Assembly (NCBI GenBank): GCA_003427395.1
Contig: BFEA01000013.1
Coordinates: 6,559,038 to 6,622,983 of the forward strand
Source: Chara braunii
Lineage: Eukaryota; Plantae; Charophyceae
Length of the DNA: 63,946 nucleotides
Reading direction: 5' to 3'
Shown here: positions 41,608 to 54,869 of the stretch, piece by piece
How positions within the stretch are numbered: the stretch's first letter is position 1
Layout: the number at the start of each line of letters is the position of its first letter
The notes under the pieces: model-generated
Databases searched by the model: none
The model's input: only the letters and a program-made list of their open reading frames with translations
Told to the model about the DNA's origin: nothing
Program-made: the position numbers and the translations under genes

Positions 41608-42678
41608 TCATTCGAGAATCTTGTTGGTCTTCTTAGTATCTGGCCGACGACCCCTCTCGTCGCACACAAATCCTAAGATAGTGGCCCCGCTCATGCAGTG
41701 CCTCGACTTTGACTCACTAACAGTGAGGTTATGCTCTTTCAGAAGGTCCAGCACCTCGCATAAGTCTTGCACATGATCCCTGACAAAGCGCCTGATTCCC
41801 GGCATCACCTCCCGCTCATCCTTCTCCTTAGGCCCTTTCACGGCCAGATCATCAATATAAGGCTGCGTAATGTGAGGACTTATGGGCTGCATTGCCCTCA
41901 CCATGTGCCTCTGGACCATGGCAACCACATTCGTCCACCCTTGCGGTGCGACGTTCATGTGAATCAACCCTCGAGGGGTATGCATAGCCGTCATGGGTCT
42001 GTCAGATGCGTATACAGGAAACTGGTCGTAACCCGAATACAAGTCTATGAGAGATATTACGGCTCTTCCAACGCAGGCCTTTGAAAGCGCATCAGCGTTG
42101 GGGAGACCACCTGCGTCCCTCACTGTTACAGCGTTCAAGCGCTGCAAATCCTGTACCCACCTCAAAGTCCCATTGGGTTTGACAAAGCAAAACCAAGGGG
42201 AGGCATACGGCCCACTCGAGTAGTCTGCCACATGCGTGCGGATCTTCCCATCAAGGTATTTAACTACCTTCTCTTCGTCAGCTGGATTAGGATATCGCGC
42301 GCCTTGCAAGTTCCATAGCTCGTGAGGTACGGTGTGTATCCTAATCATGGGGATTATGTCCACGTCCAGACGACCTCTCTCATCATCACTGAAGGCATAC
42401 ACAGCGTGCCTTCCTCTTACGGTTTCCATCACAAGCTTCTCTTCCTGCGCTGTAAGGAAGCCCGACTCCCCTATAATCAGCGCTTTCTCTGTTTCAGGGT
42501 TGATACTACACGACCCCTTTTCTGCGTCTTCTCGCATCTGCCGTATCAACTCTCGTTCCCGCTCGTAGTAAACTTCTTGCTCTTCAGCCATGAGTACGGG
42601 AACAGGGGGGCACTTCTGATCTACCCTTTTGTACCGCCTTTGTGACCCCTGCTTGAGCCCACCCCTAAAAAATGTCAA
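41608..42678 (-). pseudogene. pol: Reverse transcriptase
   Basis: YASPWFCFVKPNGTLRWVQD, DLYSGYDQF, PQGWTN, YIDD. Confidence 0.96.
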
Positions 42679-42761
42679 GTTGCGCTTTGGGGTTGGACTC
42701 CAATTGCTCCACCTATCCTTCCCGATGTCCGGTATATCAATTTCATTTCTCCCGCTCCCAT

Positions 42762-43349
42762 TTATTCCACCACCTTCTCTCTCAAGGCTTCCACCGCCTC
42801 TGGATCTGCTATCCCATAGGTCGATACTATGTCCATAGCATCACCTATATTTGTTGGGCTAAGGGTCAGTGCGTCTGGCCTTCTTTCCTCTTCGAACTTA
42901 CTGCCTTTCAGTCTCAACCTCTCCTCTTCTGATTCTTCTATAGTGAAAGAACCAGGGTTGGGCCGGTTTCTTATACTCCTAGGTCCTGTGTTCTTGCAAG
43001 TGGTAACCTCATAATTTTCGCATACTGGATCGCACAGGACGAGGAACATGGTCCCGTCATGCTTGTTAAGTATGACGGTCTCTGTTCGACTTAAGAACGA
43101 CCTACCAAGTAGAATAGGGTGGTCAAGGTCAGGCATCACGAAAAAACAACTTCTTACTTTCACCTTTCCGATTTCCAGAATCACCGATGATGCGGTCCCT
43201 ATGAAAATCGACCGACTGTTCGCCCCCATTAAGACCCCGTTGTCAGAGCGATCTATCTCCATCCCTAAGCGCACAGCATGCTCCTCTTTTATAAGGTTCA
43301 TCTCTGCGCCACTATCCACCATGGTCGTGCAGGTCTTCCCTTTTACCAC
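42762..43349 (-). pseudogene. pol: Aspartic protease
   Basis: MVDSGAEMN and LLGRSFL. Confidence 0.93.
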
Positions 43350-43670
43350 TACATCAAGGCACCCACATGCGACGGACTTTCAATCTATCTTTGCTCCGGT
43401 CTCAGCCCATTCTGCCTCTTTAGGGATTATGGTCCCTAATCGTACACTGGCCACCATTTTTCTAGATAATCGCGCTTTTAACTCATCCCTGAGCCTTGGC
43501 GCCGAAGCCAGAACGTCCTTTAGGTTCATAAGATGATTATGGCCCTCAAGGATCTTGTTCATTATCTCCTCTACGTCAAACCCTTCCTCTACTCGGACAG
43601 TGTACTTCTTTTTCTTTACTTCTGAGGCCTTGACCGTATCGGGTTTGGCGCCTCTCTTTTTGACCCTTTG

Positions 43671-45213
43671 CTAAGCCTTCCCGTCCTCTTCTTTTCTCAA
43701 TCTATCATCCTCATCATCCTTTCCCTCTGGAACATCTACAACCTCTTTCTCCCCACTGGGCTCAGGAACATCCTTTGCCAGTTCCTCGGGGCTCACCGGC
43801 CCCTTGGCCCTTGTCCTAACAGCATGTGGTACTCTCCCTGATCTGGAGGGTGGCCTATAAGCCATACCGGACCGAGGCGTCGGTCCTGAAATCATAACGC
43901 CTGGTAAATTTCCAGACCCACCTTGCGACCCTGGACCCATATCGTAGAGGTACACCAGTGGCTCCTTACCTCTCCACTCTTTAACCTCTTCACACATATC
44001 GGTCAACTTTTGCTGGTACCTCCCGACTTTATCCACTAAGTCCTCCATTCTCTCCATCGTTTGTCGGACCTCCCTCCAACAATTTTCCCCTATCTTCGCG
44101 TTTCGTGGCTCATTCCAACAATCCTGCTCTACCTCGTCATCAGACTCTACTATGATTGGCTCTTCTTTGATGGTGCTGGCTTTCCTTTCTTGTTCCACTT
44201 CCTCGTTTTCTCGTACTTCTTTCACCCTTATGTCACAACGGACCTCCTTCTCTTGCCAAATCCGGAACATAGCTGGAGGAGCGGGTGGCGCACCGCCCTC
44301 GGCCCTTCGTAGGGCCTCCTTCCTTGTTCTGCCAGGGGTCTTTGGGTCAAGGTAGTACCCAAATTTATCGTACATATCCCCATCATAGTTGGTGTCTGAT
44401 TAAACCTTCATCCTCATCGTTCCTCCGGACGTGGGAGGACTTGATAGTGTGGCCTTTCTGCCCACAATGTCAGCAAATGACATTCCTCCAATCTATCATT
44501 CCTCTACCAAAGCCTCTTCCACCTTCTTGACTACCCTGACTTCCTTACGCATTCCAGTCCCCATTTCCTCCTCCTGTGGAGTTACCACCACAATTTCCTC
44601 TTCCATTTCCCCCGTGGCCACCATTGTCTTGCCCTCGGCCCCATCCTTGATTTTGTCCAAGTCTGCCGCCTTGGTTTCCTTACGATCCTTTTGGTGCCGA
44701 TTGTTGAGGTTGGCTTGGCTGCGGGCTCGGGTGGTTTACTTGCTGGGACTGGGGCCCTGGATATCCACAGGAAGCCGTGCTCAATGGTGCTCCTGCGCAT
44801 GATCCATGCGACCCACTTACCGGTCATGGCATGTAGGAACAGTGCCCAGGCCAAGGACTTGGAGGTCCATAACCCGGCCACGGCCCATAGGGCACTGGCG
44901 CGGCCTGACAATGCGACTCCGGGGGTGGTAGTGTTACTGCTTGCGGGACCTGCCCCCTTCCTGAACCTTACCCCTCTTGAGTCAGATTTTTCGCCTTTCT
45001 CTGAGCCTTTGTTAGCTTTAGGGGTTCAGGCTCCTCTTCCTCACTCTCTTCCTTCTCTTGCACCACCGCCTTCTTCGCTTTTCCCTGGGTCTGTGGTGCC
45101 GCCATAGCCTTTCTTCTTGCCTTTGCCTCTTTCGCCGAATCGAGTTGGGCAACCGCATCCTCTAGTGGAAGATTCATTTCCAGTTGCCCAGATACGGGCA
45201 CAGCAACAAGCAA
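43671..45213 (-). pseudogene. gag: Gag C-terminal region (Gly-rich, degenerate zinc knuckle)
   Basis: IC*HCGQKGHTIK near 44440-44480, preceded by G/Q-rich sequence and upstream of the protease. Confidence 0.75.
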
Positions 45214-45431
45214 ATTTATACTCGATGTACCTTCTCGTGTTTTAGGGAAAGATTCATTTCCTTCTGTTTTGTCTCTCTCTTCATTTCTTTAACTTTTTTC
45301 CTGTTTTCCTCATTTCTACCTTGATTCTTAGGCTTTACTGGGAAGCGATGTACCTAGTAGTAATCTAGTAAAATGTGCCTTCTCGATATACGTATGAGCT
45401 CTTCATAATTATGCCAGAAGGTCCAATCCCG

Positions 45432-45691
45432 CTGTCGAGCGCATCGGTCCCGCACGGGGACCCTCCCGGCCGCGTCACGCAGGATTATGCAGGACTTGTT
45501 GTGGAGAGCGTTTGCCTCTCCGGCCGAGTGCGCCAGCCGTACCTCTCGCGAGCCCCTACGACAGGACAGGGTCACGCGAGGCACCACTGGCGCACTCGGC
45601 CGGAGAGGCAAACGCTCTCCGCAACAAGTCCTGCATAATCCTGCGTGACGTGGTCGGGAGGGTCCCCGTGCGGGACCGATGCGCTCGACAG
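45432..45691. repeat. Long inverted repeat (105-bp arms, 50-bp spacer)
   Basis: 45432-45536 is the reverse complement of 45587-45691 with 3 mismatches. Confidence 0.95.
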
Positions 45692-46160
45692 GTGGCGTCG
45701 TTGCCGGGGATCTCGGCTGCCTCCTAATCTTCGTCGTCCTTCTCGGCATCCTCCCCCTCCTCCCCAACATCCTCCTCCTCCTCCTTCTCCTACTACTACT
45801 ACTACTACTCCCCCTCCTCCCCGACATCCTCCGCTTTTATTGTCTTTGTTATTTTTTTAGTGTTTTTTTTTTCAGACAATCAATGACTGAAAAAAAAGTA
45901 CACAGCAAGCTTACTCCTCCTCCTCCTCTTCCTCCACCTCCCTCTCCCCCTCCTCTTCCGCTTTTATTGTCTTTTTTATTTTTTTACTGTATTTTTTTCA
46001 GACAATCAATGACTAAAAAAAAAAAAAAAAAACGAACGAAATAAAAATATCCAATCGAACAAATAGATTCGATTGGATCTTGATTTCGAAAACGAGATCC
46101 AATTCAATCGATTTCTTCGATTAGATATTTTTTTCTTTTCTCCTCCTCCTCCTCCTCCTC

Positions 46161-46603
46161 NNNNNNNNNNNNNNNNNNNNNNNNNNNNNNNNNNNNNNNN
46201 NNNNNNNNNNNNNNNNNNNNNNNNNNNNNNNNNNNNNNNNNNNNNNNNNNNNNNNNNNNNNNNNNNNNNNNNNNNNNNNNNNNNNNNNNNNNNNNNNNNN
46301 NNNNNNNNNNNNNNNNNNNNNNNNNNNNNNNNNNNNNNNNNNNNNNNNNNNNNNNNNNNNNNNNNNNNNNNNNNNNNNNNNNNNNNNNNNNNNNNNNNNN
46401 NNNNNNNNNNNNNNNNNNNNNNNNNNNNNNNNNNNNNNNNNNNNNNNNNNNNNNNNNNNNNNNNNNNNNNNNNNNNNNNNNNNNNNNNNNNNNNNNNNNN
46501 NNNNNNNNNNNNNNNNNNNNNNNNNNNNNNNNNNNNNNNNNNNNNNNNNNNNNNNNNNNNNNNNNNNNNNNNNNNNNNNNNNNNNNNNNNNNNNNNNNNN
46601 NNN
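46161..46603. other. Assembly gap
   Basis: Run of N. Confidence 1.
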
Positions 46604-46784
46604 TATGTGCCACCGTTTTAGCATCAGATTCACACTCGTTTTGGGCGCAACAGCTAGAAGAGTTGGTAGTGTATCTAGTTCAACTCCGACAATTGGTTCA
46701 TCGTCATACTCCATACTCCATGCTGATCGTGGTCATCCCCATTGTAGGTGCTCGCCATCACCGTAACCAACAACAGGGATAAAC

Positions 46785-47040
46785 GGAGGAGGAGGAGGAG
46801 GAGGAGGAGGACGATAGTGGAGGAGGAGGAGGAGGACGATAGTGGAGGAGGAGGAGGCGGAGGCGGAGGCGGAGGCGGAGGAGCAGGCGGAGGAGGAGGC
46901 AGAGGAGGAGGAGGCGGAGGAGGAGGAGGAGGAGGAGGAGGATGTCGAGGAGGAGGAGGAGGAGGAGGAGGAGGACGAGGACGTGGAGGAGGAGGAGGAG
47001 GACGAAGAGGAGGAGAAGGAAGAGGAGGAGGAGGTGATGC
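46785..47040. repeat. (GGA)n low-complexity tract
   Basis: Visible trinucleotide repeat. Confidence 0.95.
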
Positions 47041-47551
47041 AGGCGGGTGAAGTGGGAGGACGACCTCACCTGGACGAGGCCGGGTATAGTGAGTAGCGGC
47101 AGCGGCGGCAACGTTTGCGATGGCTCCAGCGGCAGCGGCGGCAGTGGCTGGGGCGATGGCTCCAGCGGCAGCGGGGGCAGCGGTTTGCGACGAAGGGCAG
47201 GAGGGCAGTCCGTGGCGAACGCACGTTGTGGAATGGCAGCGGCGATGTCAACACATCGACACATATACCGACAAAAAAAAAAAAAAGACAAAACCACGGG
47301 AGAGTCAGGGTTCGAGTTTGTAACAGGGTTTGGGGAAAAAGGGCCGGTAATGGTGAATGTACATGACCTACGTATCGGGTCCGGGGGGGGTCTTGTGGGG
47401 GGGTGTTGTATTTGGGGGATTGCCCGAAGTGCAATTACAAACTGTTTTCGTGACTACGCCGAAGTTAACCCCCAAAAAAACAGTGGCCGCGCCTTTGTTT
47501 TCACTGTCGTTTCTTGTGCACCACGCCAGTTGTTGATACGGGGCCCTCGAT

Positions 47552-47626
47552 CCAGCGGCCTAGCGCAGTTGGTGAGGCAGGCAAGTGGATTTCAGGAGGT
47601 CTCGGGTTCAATCCCCATTGGCCTCA
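47552..47626 (+). other. tRNA-derived sequence (SINE head or tRNA pseudogene)
   Basis: A-box TAGCGCAGTTGG (47561) and B-box GGTTCAATCCC (47605) at tRNA-like spacing; no clean cloverleaf seen. Confidence 0.55.
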
Positions 47627-48753
47627 CGTACCATCCTCGCCGAAGCCTGGCGCCCGCCACGTTGAGATATGCCGTTGGTCCCCCCGACTGGCAATGACAA
47701 GAGACTGCTGATGTTCAAAGGGGGAGGCGACCGGAGAGGAGGCACAGTGACATGGGGACTCGGCGGTTGAGTTTTCATTGAAGTGCCTGACGCGTGCCTT
47801 GTGTCGCCCGTGCTGCTGGTTTTCCCGTAATAGTGTAATGACAAAAAAAAAAGTGATGTCAGGCCGCCCTCTCCAGATTCATGAGGCAATTGCATTGGTT
47901 GTACGTCAAGCGAAAATACCCATCGATTAAGAATATATATATCTATACGGGGTCCCAGCGACGCACAAACCCCACGCGAATTCAAATCGCGGTGGTCTGG
48001 CCGGTGGGCAAGATTATGCCCAAAGTCTGCTGAAGTTCACCATGTTCAACGCGACTCCCCACTTGTCGACGACCACGACAAAACGATCAAGTACATCCCA
48101 GGTAGTCGAAATTGGGACACCGACAAAAAACACTGGGATAAAAAAATAATTCCCTTAGTGCGGGCCAAATAACACCACAACAAAACGCATTGTCGCAGTA
48201 CTGGCCCGCAGTACGAAACCATGTTGGAAACGTGTTGGTTCATGTTGGAGGCCTGTACAAAACCATGTTGGAGTCGTTGACTAAAAGTTGGAAACCTGTT
48301 GGAGAGCATGTTCAACCCGTTGAAAATAAGTTGATCATGTTGATAACTAGTTGAACACAGCACAAGACCCTCGTTCAACAATTGGTCATAGCCCTTGCGG
48401 CGTGCATAAGTTCGACAGCGCTGCGAAAATAAGTTGGAAGTCGACAACAATTTTTCTGTTGTAAGAGAACGAACCCAGGTTAAGTGCAGACTGATGATCT
48501 AGGCAAAATGATAAAGCTTATGGTTTGGATTGTCTTATATAAGAGGATTGTGCATGAGATAATAATAAGACTAAGTGATTAGAGTGCGACTTAAGGTTGT
48601 ATCTGAGGTTTCGAATAACTAATAATAGAGTGGTTGGCTGAACCTAGAGGTGAAACGGCTAGATAGGACTTAGGACAATTCCCTTGGAACTTGACAAGTT
48701 GTCTTATGGGTTATCTTTATTCCTACCAGGTTGACTAGCAGAAGGATATAAAG

Positions 48754-49226
48754 ATGCCAAACGCTGATGGAATCGAGCGAGGCCCGGCCGCTACGCCGGA
48801 GGACTTCGTCAAGGCCATTGAGAAAAGAGAGCTGGCACGACTACAAGTACCGAAGGTTGACATCTTCTGGTTTGAAGGGGAAAGGGTGTCTAAATGGCCA
48901 GAGTTGTTGGAACAGGTTATAGGCGAGGTATCGGATGAAGACAAGTTCAAATTCCTACCCAAATACGTCTCGTGGGAAATCCGACCCGAAATAATGAAAG
49001 TGGCTGCTGGAGCAGGAGGAGATTGGGCCAAGTTCAAATAAGAGATGCAAAGGCATTTCAAGTTAGGGGATGTTCTGCTAACAAAAGCAGACCTATAAAT
49101 GTTGCGGCGCGATGAGTTCTCCACTGTGGGGGCTTTCGCAACGACATTCGAAAAGATGGCAAGAAAAGTCCCAAGGATGGCTGAAGAAGAGCAGTGTGCC
49201 ACCTTCCTCGGGCACTTCAAGAATAT
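48754..49226 (+). pseudogene. gag: Gypsy Gag N-terminal fragment
   Basis: VPKVDIFWFEGERVSKW...W..FK...TVGAFATTFEKMARKV...QCATFL capsid-like pattern; one stop; truncated. Confidence 0.75.
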
Positions 49227-50499
49227 GGCAATGGCCACCACTGAAGTGAACTCCTCTCCTCTCCTCCCATATTCGTCAACCTCCTGTTACCTTCCTCTTC
49301 GTCTTCTACTAACGCACACATTAGCACTTCTCCCGATACTCTAGTCTCTCAATCGAAACTTCTCACTGTAAACCGCATTGTCTTATAGCTATGTTCGTTG
49401 GTCGAAACAGACTCGGCCAAAAACAGCTATTCCGAATCTTCGTCGGGTTCATCAGTAGGGACTGCTACTTGGGCCTTCGTGCAGGAACCATGGTAATCCT
49501 TTCTGTATATAGTTCCAGTTTTTAACAGATGTCCCGAAGGACTGCTCTGTCTGCCCGCCCCAAGGTACCACCACAGAGATGACCGGCCCTACGCAACTCA
49601 CAAGTCTTTGGTTTTACTCATCCACCGAGTTCCATCATCTGCACCCGAACACGTGTTTGTATTTCAACAGCTCATGGGTATACCCACCGAGCTAGGCTCT
49701 TGGGTCCGACGCTGGTACAGAAACCTCGTCTCAAAATGAAAGAATATTAACAAAAGTAATAAAAGTTAGAAAAATATGAGAAACGGCGACGGGAAGGGTA
49801 GGACCGTCAGAACCCGACCTTCGGTCTTGGCCAACAGTCCCGCGATCGAACTCCCTGAGAAATCTAAGGGGGATAATTTCGCGGGACCCTCGACCCCTCA
49901 GTTTCGTTCATAAGACGCTCCTCCGCTCCTTCGCTGTCGGCTGCTATTCTCGATTCCCAGATTTCCGGAGTGTCATTCCAAAGTTGTAACCTATAGGGCT
50001 AAGCGTACCAAAATTATAAATGGTTTCTACATCGTACGCAAGCGTACCAAAATGCCCCAAGCCCATATCTTGGCCTGCAACCATACCCATGGCCACCGAG
50101 GTGCAGTCACTCACCATACAAAGAGCTCGGCTCCGCTCACCACCGCCGTACGCACCACTCCTTTCCTCAAGCCCACGCCTTTTTCTTCCTAGCGGTAGAA
50201 AGCTCGAACTTTTATCTATATCAATCTTTGTACTTGCGTACGCGCCATATACAATTTCACCGATGAGGAGAAAAAAAATCATTTAGTCCTGATTAAATCA
50301 AAATCAAAAGTTGGTCGGCAACTTTGTCGATCTTATCATATCAAAAAAAAAAAAAATTGCGCGCCTCAAAACTTGTGCACCCACGCACTTCCTACTTCCT
50401 TCAAACAGTCTCACATTCTTAGTCACAAAAGGAAATTCAGTCGCGACTCGCGCAACGTCCCTAACTTTCAAACCGAAAAACCCTTTTCTATCACTTGCT

Positions 50500-52220
50500 A
50501 AAACCAGGGCGGATACCCTTATAGACACCATGTCCTCTCTCCCTCTCGCTCTCTATTGTAACCGCCCCGTGTCGCTAGTCTCGTCGTCGCGAGTCGTCCT
50601 CAGGGCCGCTCTCCACAAGCTCGGTTGGCGACCGGTCCCTTCGCCACTGGTCCCACCCGTGCCAGGACGGAGTCCCGATCGACGAGCTGCACCTCTCTAG
50701 TCATGGCCCAGTCGACGAGTCATCCTCATGGTAGGTGACTGTCACTCGCATGCCCGCAGTTACTCCATTTCACGTGCACCTGAGGCCACAGACGTTAACT
50801 TTTAGCCTCGCCTCCCCCATAGGTTTTCCATAGGACAGTATGGTCTCCACCAGGGTACCCTTCTCATCCTCCCGCTCCCACATCCAGGAGTATCTCATGT
50901 ACCTTGGCCTATAGCCACGTAGGCCATTTCGTTATGCAATAACCGCTTTCCTCTTAGTAATAGCCAGTACCTCAGGCAGCCAATTTCTCCCCAGTACACT
51001 CTAAGTGCAAACAGCGGACTCCCACACTCAGCTCCACTCGCGGGTCGAGCTCACTGTTGCGACCGCAACTATCTAGACCGCTGAAAACGCTCCGGCCGAC
51101 CAGTAGCAACCCGCGACCATTTCCCCTCTTTGTAAAGCCTCCACATGCTGAGTTACCGATGTTCTAATCAGACACTTAAGATCACTCTGAGACATGCTAA
51201 ACTAAAATTAAAAATAATAAAAAAGAAGACTGAAACTGAACCACACTGGAATACTTCAATCTTATAATAGCATGAATTAACGATTACTCTAAGTAGCCAT
51301 TCTCCACAGTCGGTCCCATAATGGGATACCGACTGTTGCACTCCTCTCTTCAAAGAAAGTCATCGAGCCACCCCTGATGGGTAACCGTGTTCGATGGCAA
51401 GGAGGGGGCTCATGACACCCGCTCACGGGGGTGATGAATCTCCTACCGATGTGGTCACTCATGCTCCTCTTTTGAAAACCTTGCGAAGAAGTGTTTAGCA
51501 GACCACGCATGCGGTGAACGGAACTCGAAGGGTTGGGCCAGTCTAGGCCACGCGCTAACGACTCTCAATTTCAAAAGCAAACCGTTCACCCTCCTCGCGA
51601 AATGACCTGAAGGGGACTAAGTTTGAAGTTATACAATGAAAATTTAAAATCCTTATAACCCGTATCATCACAGCAGCCTAAGACCTTTAGACCAATTAGA
51701 ACTAAAAGGACAGTTTAGATCGGGGTGCAGACTTGACATGCGACCTTTTCCCCATTTCCCTTTTTCTTTAAATTCTTCCTTTTCGCTTTCTTTCTTTAAC
51801 TTCTTACTTGATATGACCACCCGTCCTATGCACTCATCCCATAACCCCGACTAAAGGGCACTTGGCATGCAGTAGAAAAGACCACGCTGGTCTCTCTCCC
51901 ATTGTGTCCCTGAGCGAGCCCGACGACTACCATGGCCACAGGCCAATCGTGCTCTGCTGTACAGCAGGGTGTCGAGCCTGTGTCGACCAAAGGAAAGTCT
52001 ACTGGCGCACCCACCTTTTTGCCAGTGGGTGCGTCTACTGGATCTACCCCGATGCAAGACTAGAATGCCACAGAGTTCCTGAGGTGATCCATAACAAAAG
52101 TATACGAGCAGACGCCTGGTACGCAGGGGTGATGAGTGAGCGGACGCTTGGTACGCAGTGGAGGTGAGTGAGCGGACGCCCGATACACAGTAGAGGGTTG
52201 GGACACCGCGCCCTTCGACA
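50500..52220 (-). repeat. LTR 5' portion homologous to 13116-15100
   Basis: Shared blocks on reverse complement: TGTCG.AGGGC.CGGTG, GGGTGCGCCA, GGTCTTTTCTACTGC, GTCGG.ATCCC.TTATGGGACC, TGGCTATAGGCC. Confidence 0.85.
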
Positions 52221-52224
52221 GAGG

Positions 52225-53192
52225 TACGACACCAACTTAATCATGTTGACGCACATGTTGGAGTTGCGTGCATTTTTGGATTGTTGTGTAAGCACCGGTG
52301 CCTAAGCGACGACCTAGTGGCTCCCCGCATTAAGGGACGACGCACGCAGGTGCTTTGAGCTTCTTCACGATCCGCAGTGGTGGCAGCACGCGGAGCTCGT
52401 TGCCACCATTATGGGGCCCATTTACAACCTCCTTCAGCAGGTGGATTCTGACGGGCGCAAGGTCAGCGATGTGTGGGGTCTGCTGGAGAGGCTGCGGATT
52501 ACGGTCGATCGACTATCTCTTAACGAGGCTTGTCACGAGCCCATCAAGAAGATAGTCAAGGAGAGGTCAGATATGCTCCTCACCCCCATTCATTGCGCTG
52601 CATACCTGTTGCACCCCAAGTATCGCAACATCGATACCTTGATGCGAGGGGCAGTACAGGAGCGCATTCTCCACTCAATTACATCGTGAGCCAGATCGAG
52701 GGAGGCCGAGGGGGCTACGAGATGACTGTCGTATGGGGTTCTTTGCAAGACTTTCACGGCAAGTATCCCACACCAGGTCATTGGGGGGGAGGAGGTGCAG
52801 AGATCGAGGAGCCTGACTTTGATCCTCTGAAGTGGTGGAGATTTCAGGGGGGTAAGTATCGGATATTGCGAGATGTCGCCATGCGCTGCTTGGGTACGTG
52901 GACCATTGCCTCTCCCTGTGAGAGGAATTGGTCCACACACGACTTCATGCACACTAAGAGGCGCAACAGGCTGGGTGTTGAGCAATTGGAGAAGCTTGTG
53001 TTCTGTCACTGGAACCTTAAGCTTCTCCAGAGGAGTCACTCGCGCAGTGGGTTCATAGGGGCAAGCCTCCAAGGGGTCGGATTGACTGATGTGGAGAGGA
53101 GGGATGAGGACTACTCCCATTTCGAGCCAGACGTGATGACCCCCACGAACATACGACCCGACGGAGATCGAGATGGAGGCCAATCACCTTAG
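52225..53192 (+). pseudogene. hAT transposase C-terminal half with dimerisation domain
   Basis: YDTNLIML, PIYNLLQQVD, PIHCAAYLLHPKY, WW...CERNWS....HTKRRNRL...KLVFCHWNL. Confidence 0.93.
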
Positions 53193-54816
53193 GAGGCAGT
53201 TGAGGGGCAGACGCTTGGCGGGGGCTATAGTAGCGTTGGCCCATAAGATTCGCCAACAGGGTGGTGACACGACCAGCGGGGAGGCCCCTGCGACTGTGAG
53301 CCCTGCAGGTCGGATGCTCCCACCATGCGCCCCGGTTGATGATGGAGCCCCCCTTGCTAGCACACCTGCACCCGAGGCAGACTCGCACAACATTCGTGGA
53401 GACAAGTTTCCTGCCGTCTCGGCCGGCGCCGGTGCAGATGATGGCATCGGGGGAGATGGTATAGGGGGCAGCAACTGCCGCACCCGAGGAGTCTCATCAA
53501 CTGAGGGAGCCCGCTACTCGATCCCCCACTCTGGCAGCCCTTGAGGGCACACTTCAGTCATCTTTCGTGGAAGGTACTGTCGAGGGCACGTCGTCTGAGT
53601 GCCTCGTCGTGGCTGCTGCCACCTTTTCCAGCCCCCACTGTGCAGTAGAGTACGACTCTGAGGGGAGGCTCAAACGACGAGCGGGTTTCAGAGGTCCGCC
53701 AGACTTGTGGACAACATCGGTTGTCTGCCACGATGCCAGAGGGATTTGGCGGCATACTTGCGTAGACCGTTGTCGGATCTGCCACAAGTTGACCCTGATG
53801 CGGAGACTGGCGGCGTGGACTGTAGAGAGCCCATTGGTGGGGAGGCTGTTGTTGGGGAGGCTACCGCCAGAGAGGGAAGCGCAGAGAGAGAGGATCACGA
53901 CCTGGTGGCCACTCAACAGAGGATATCGAGCAGGTATTGGCAGGGTACCCCGGAAGACATAGACGAGGCACGTCGCAGCAGGGGATGCGCACACGCCACT
54001 GGGCAGATGAAGGCACTTAACGCGTTTCTCCCTCACTTCCATTGCCACGTCCAGATCCTTCTTTGGCACTGGGGATCGTAGGGCCCTCCCCTGGGCCACC
54101 TCCCATGGTGGATACACAGCGTGCCAGTGGACAGAGCAGCGGCACAGGGGAGCATGACTCCCCAAGCACTGGTCTTTGTCGTGCAGTTCCCACCGAGGAT
54201 TTCGGCACACGGGCGACGATGTCGTTGCCGCCAGAGACCCCTTAGTCATCATCGAGCCGATTCGACCATTCCTTGGTCGCAAGCGGAAGTCAGAGAGTGT
54301 CGCAGGACAGAGGTAAGGGGAGCTGCGGGTTGTGGCGGAGGTCGAGGCCAACCATCAGGATAGGGGAGGGGCGAGGGCGAGAGGGATATGTCAAGACAAG
54401 TACGCGGGAGAGGAGAGGGACGTTCCAGAGGCCGACCACCCGGACGGGGGAGAGGAGAGGGACGTGCCACGACACAAGTGGGCGGTGCACCACGAAGGGG
54501 AGTCCTTGCAGATGGAAAAGGCGTTCATGTGGACGCAGCGCCTGTCACATCATCGAGCACCGAGGGCGAGGAGGGCATAGCGCTGCGCATCACCAAGAGG
54601 CGCAGGGGAGAGGCAACGCCGAGGGCAGCGCTAGCATCCGTGGCCGCATCAGGCTCCAGCACATCGGCATCATCGGTCGACCCTGATTTCGAGGGGTGGT
54701 GTTGAGGAGGACGACGAGATGGCATAGGTCACTGCAAACATTGCGGCGGGAGAGGGTGATACATCAGGATAGTTTTGTACATTTTTCGTTTTGTGTTTGG
54801 GTGTGTGGAGTGTGAG

Positions 54817-54869
<53 letters not shown>

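Larger units (their letters stand above)
37273..45350 (-). mobile_element. Second Ty3/Gypsy internal region (gag-PR-RT-RH-INT + extra ORF), degenerate
   Basis: Domain motifs in order on the minus strand; no adjacent LTR identified. Confidence 0.93.

Noticed and set aside
37273-45350. Assigning this gag-pol as the internal region of the 28809-52220 element
   Set aside because: The orientation fits, but it is separated from both LTR pieces by unrelated insertions and its 3' organisation differs from the first element; left unresolved.
46748-47697. Gly-rich, Glu-rich or Leu-rich ORFs
   Set aside because: (GGA)n tract is open in several frames; no domain evidence.
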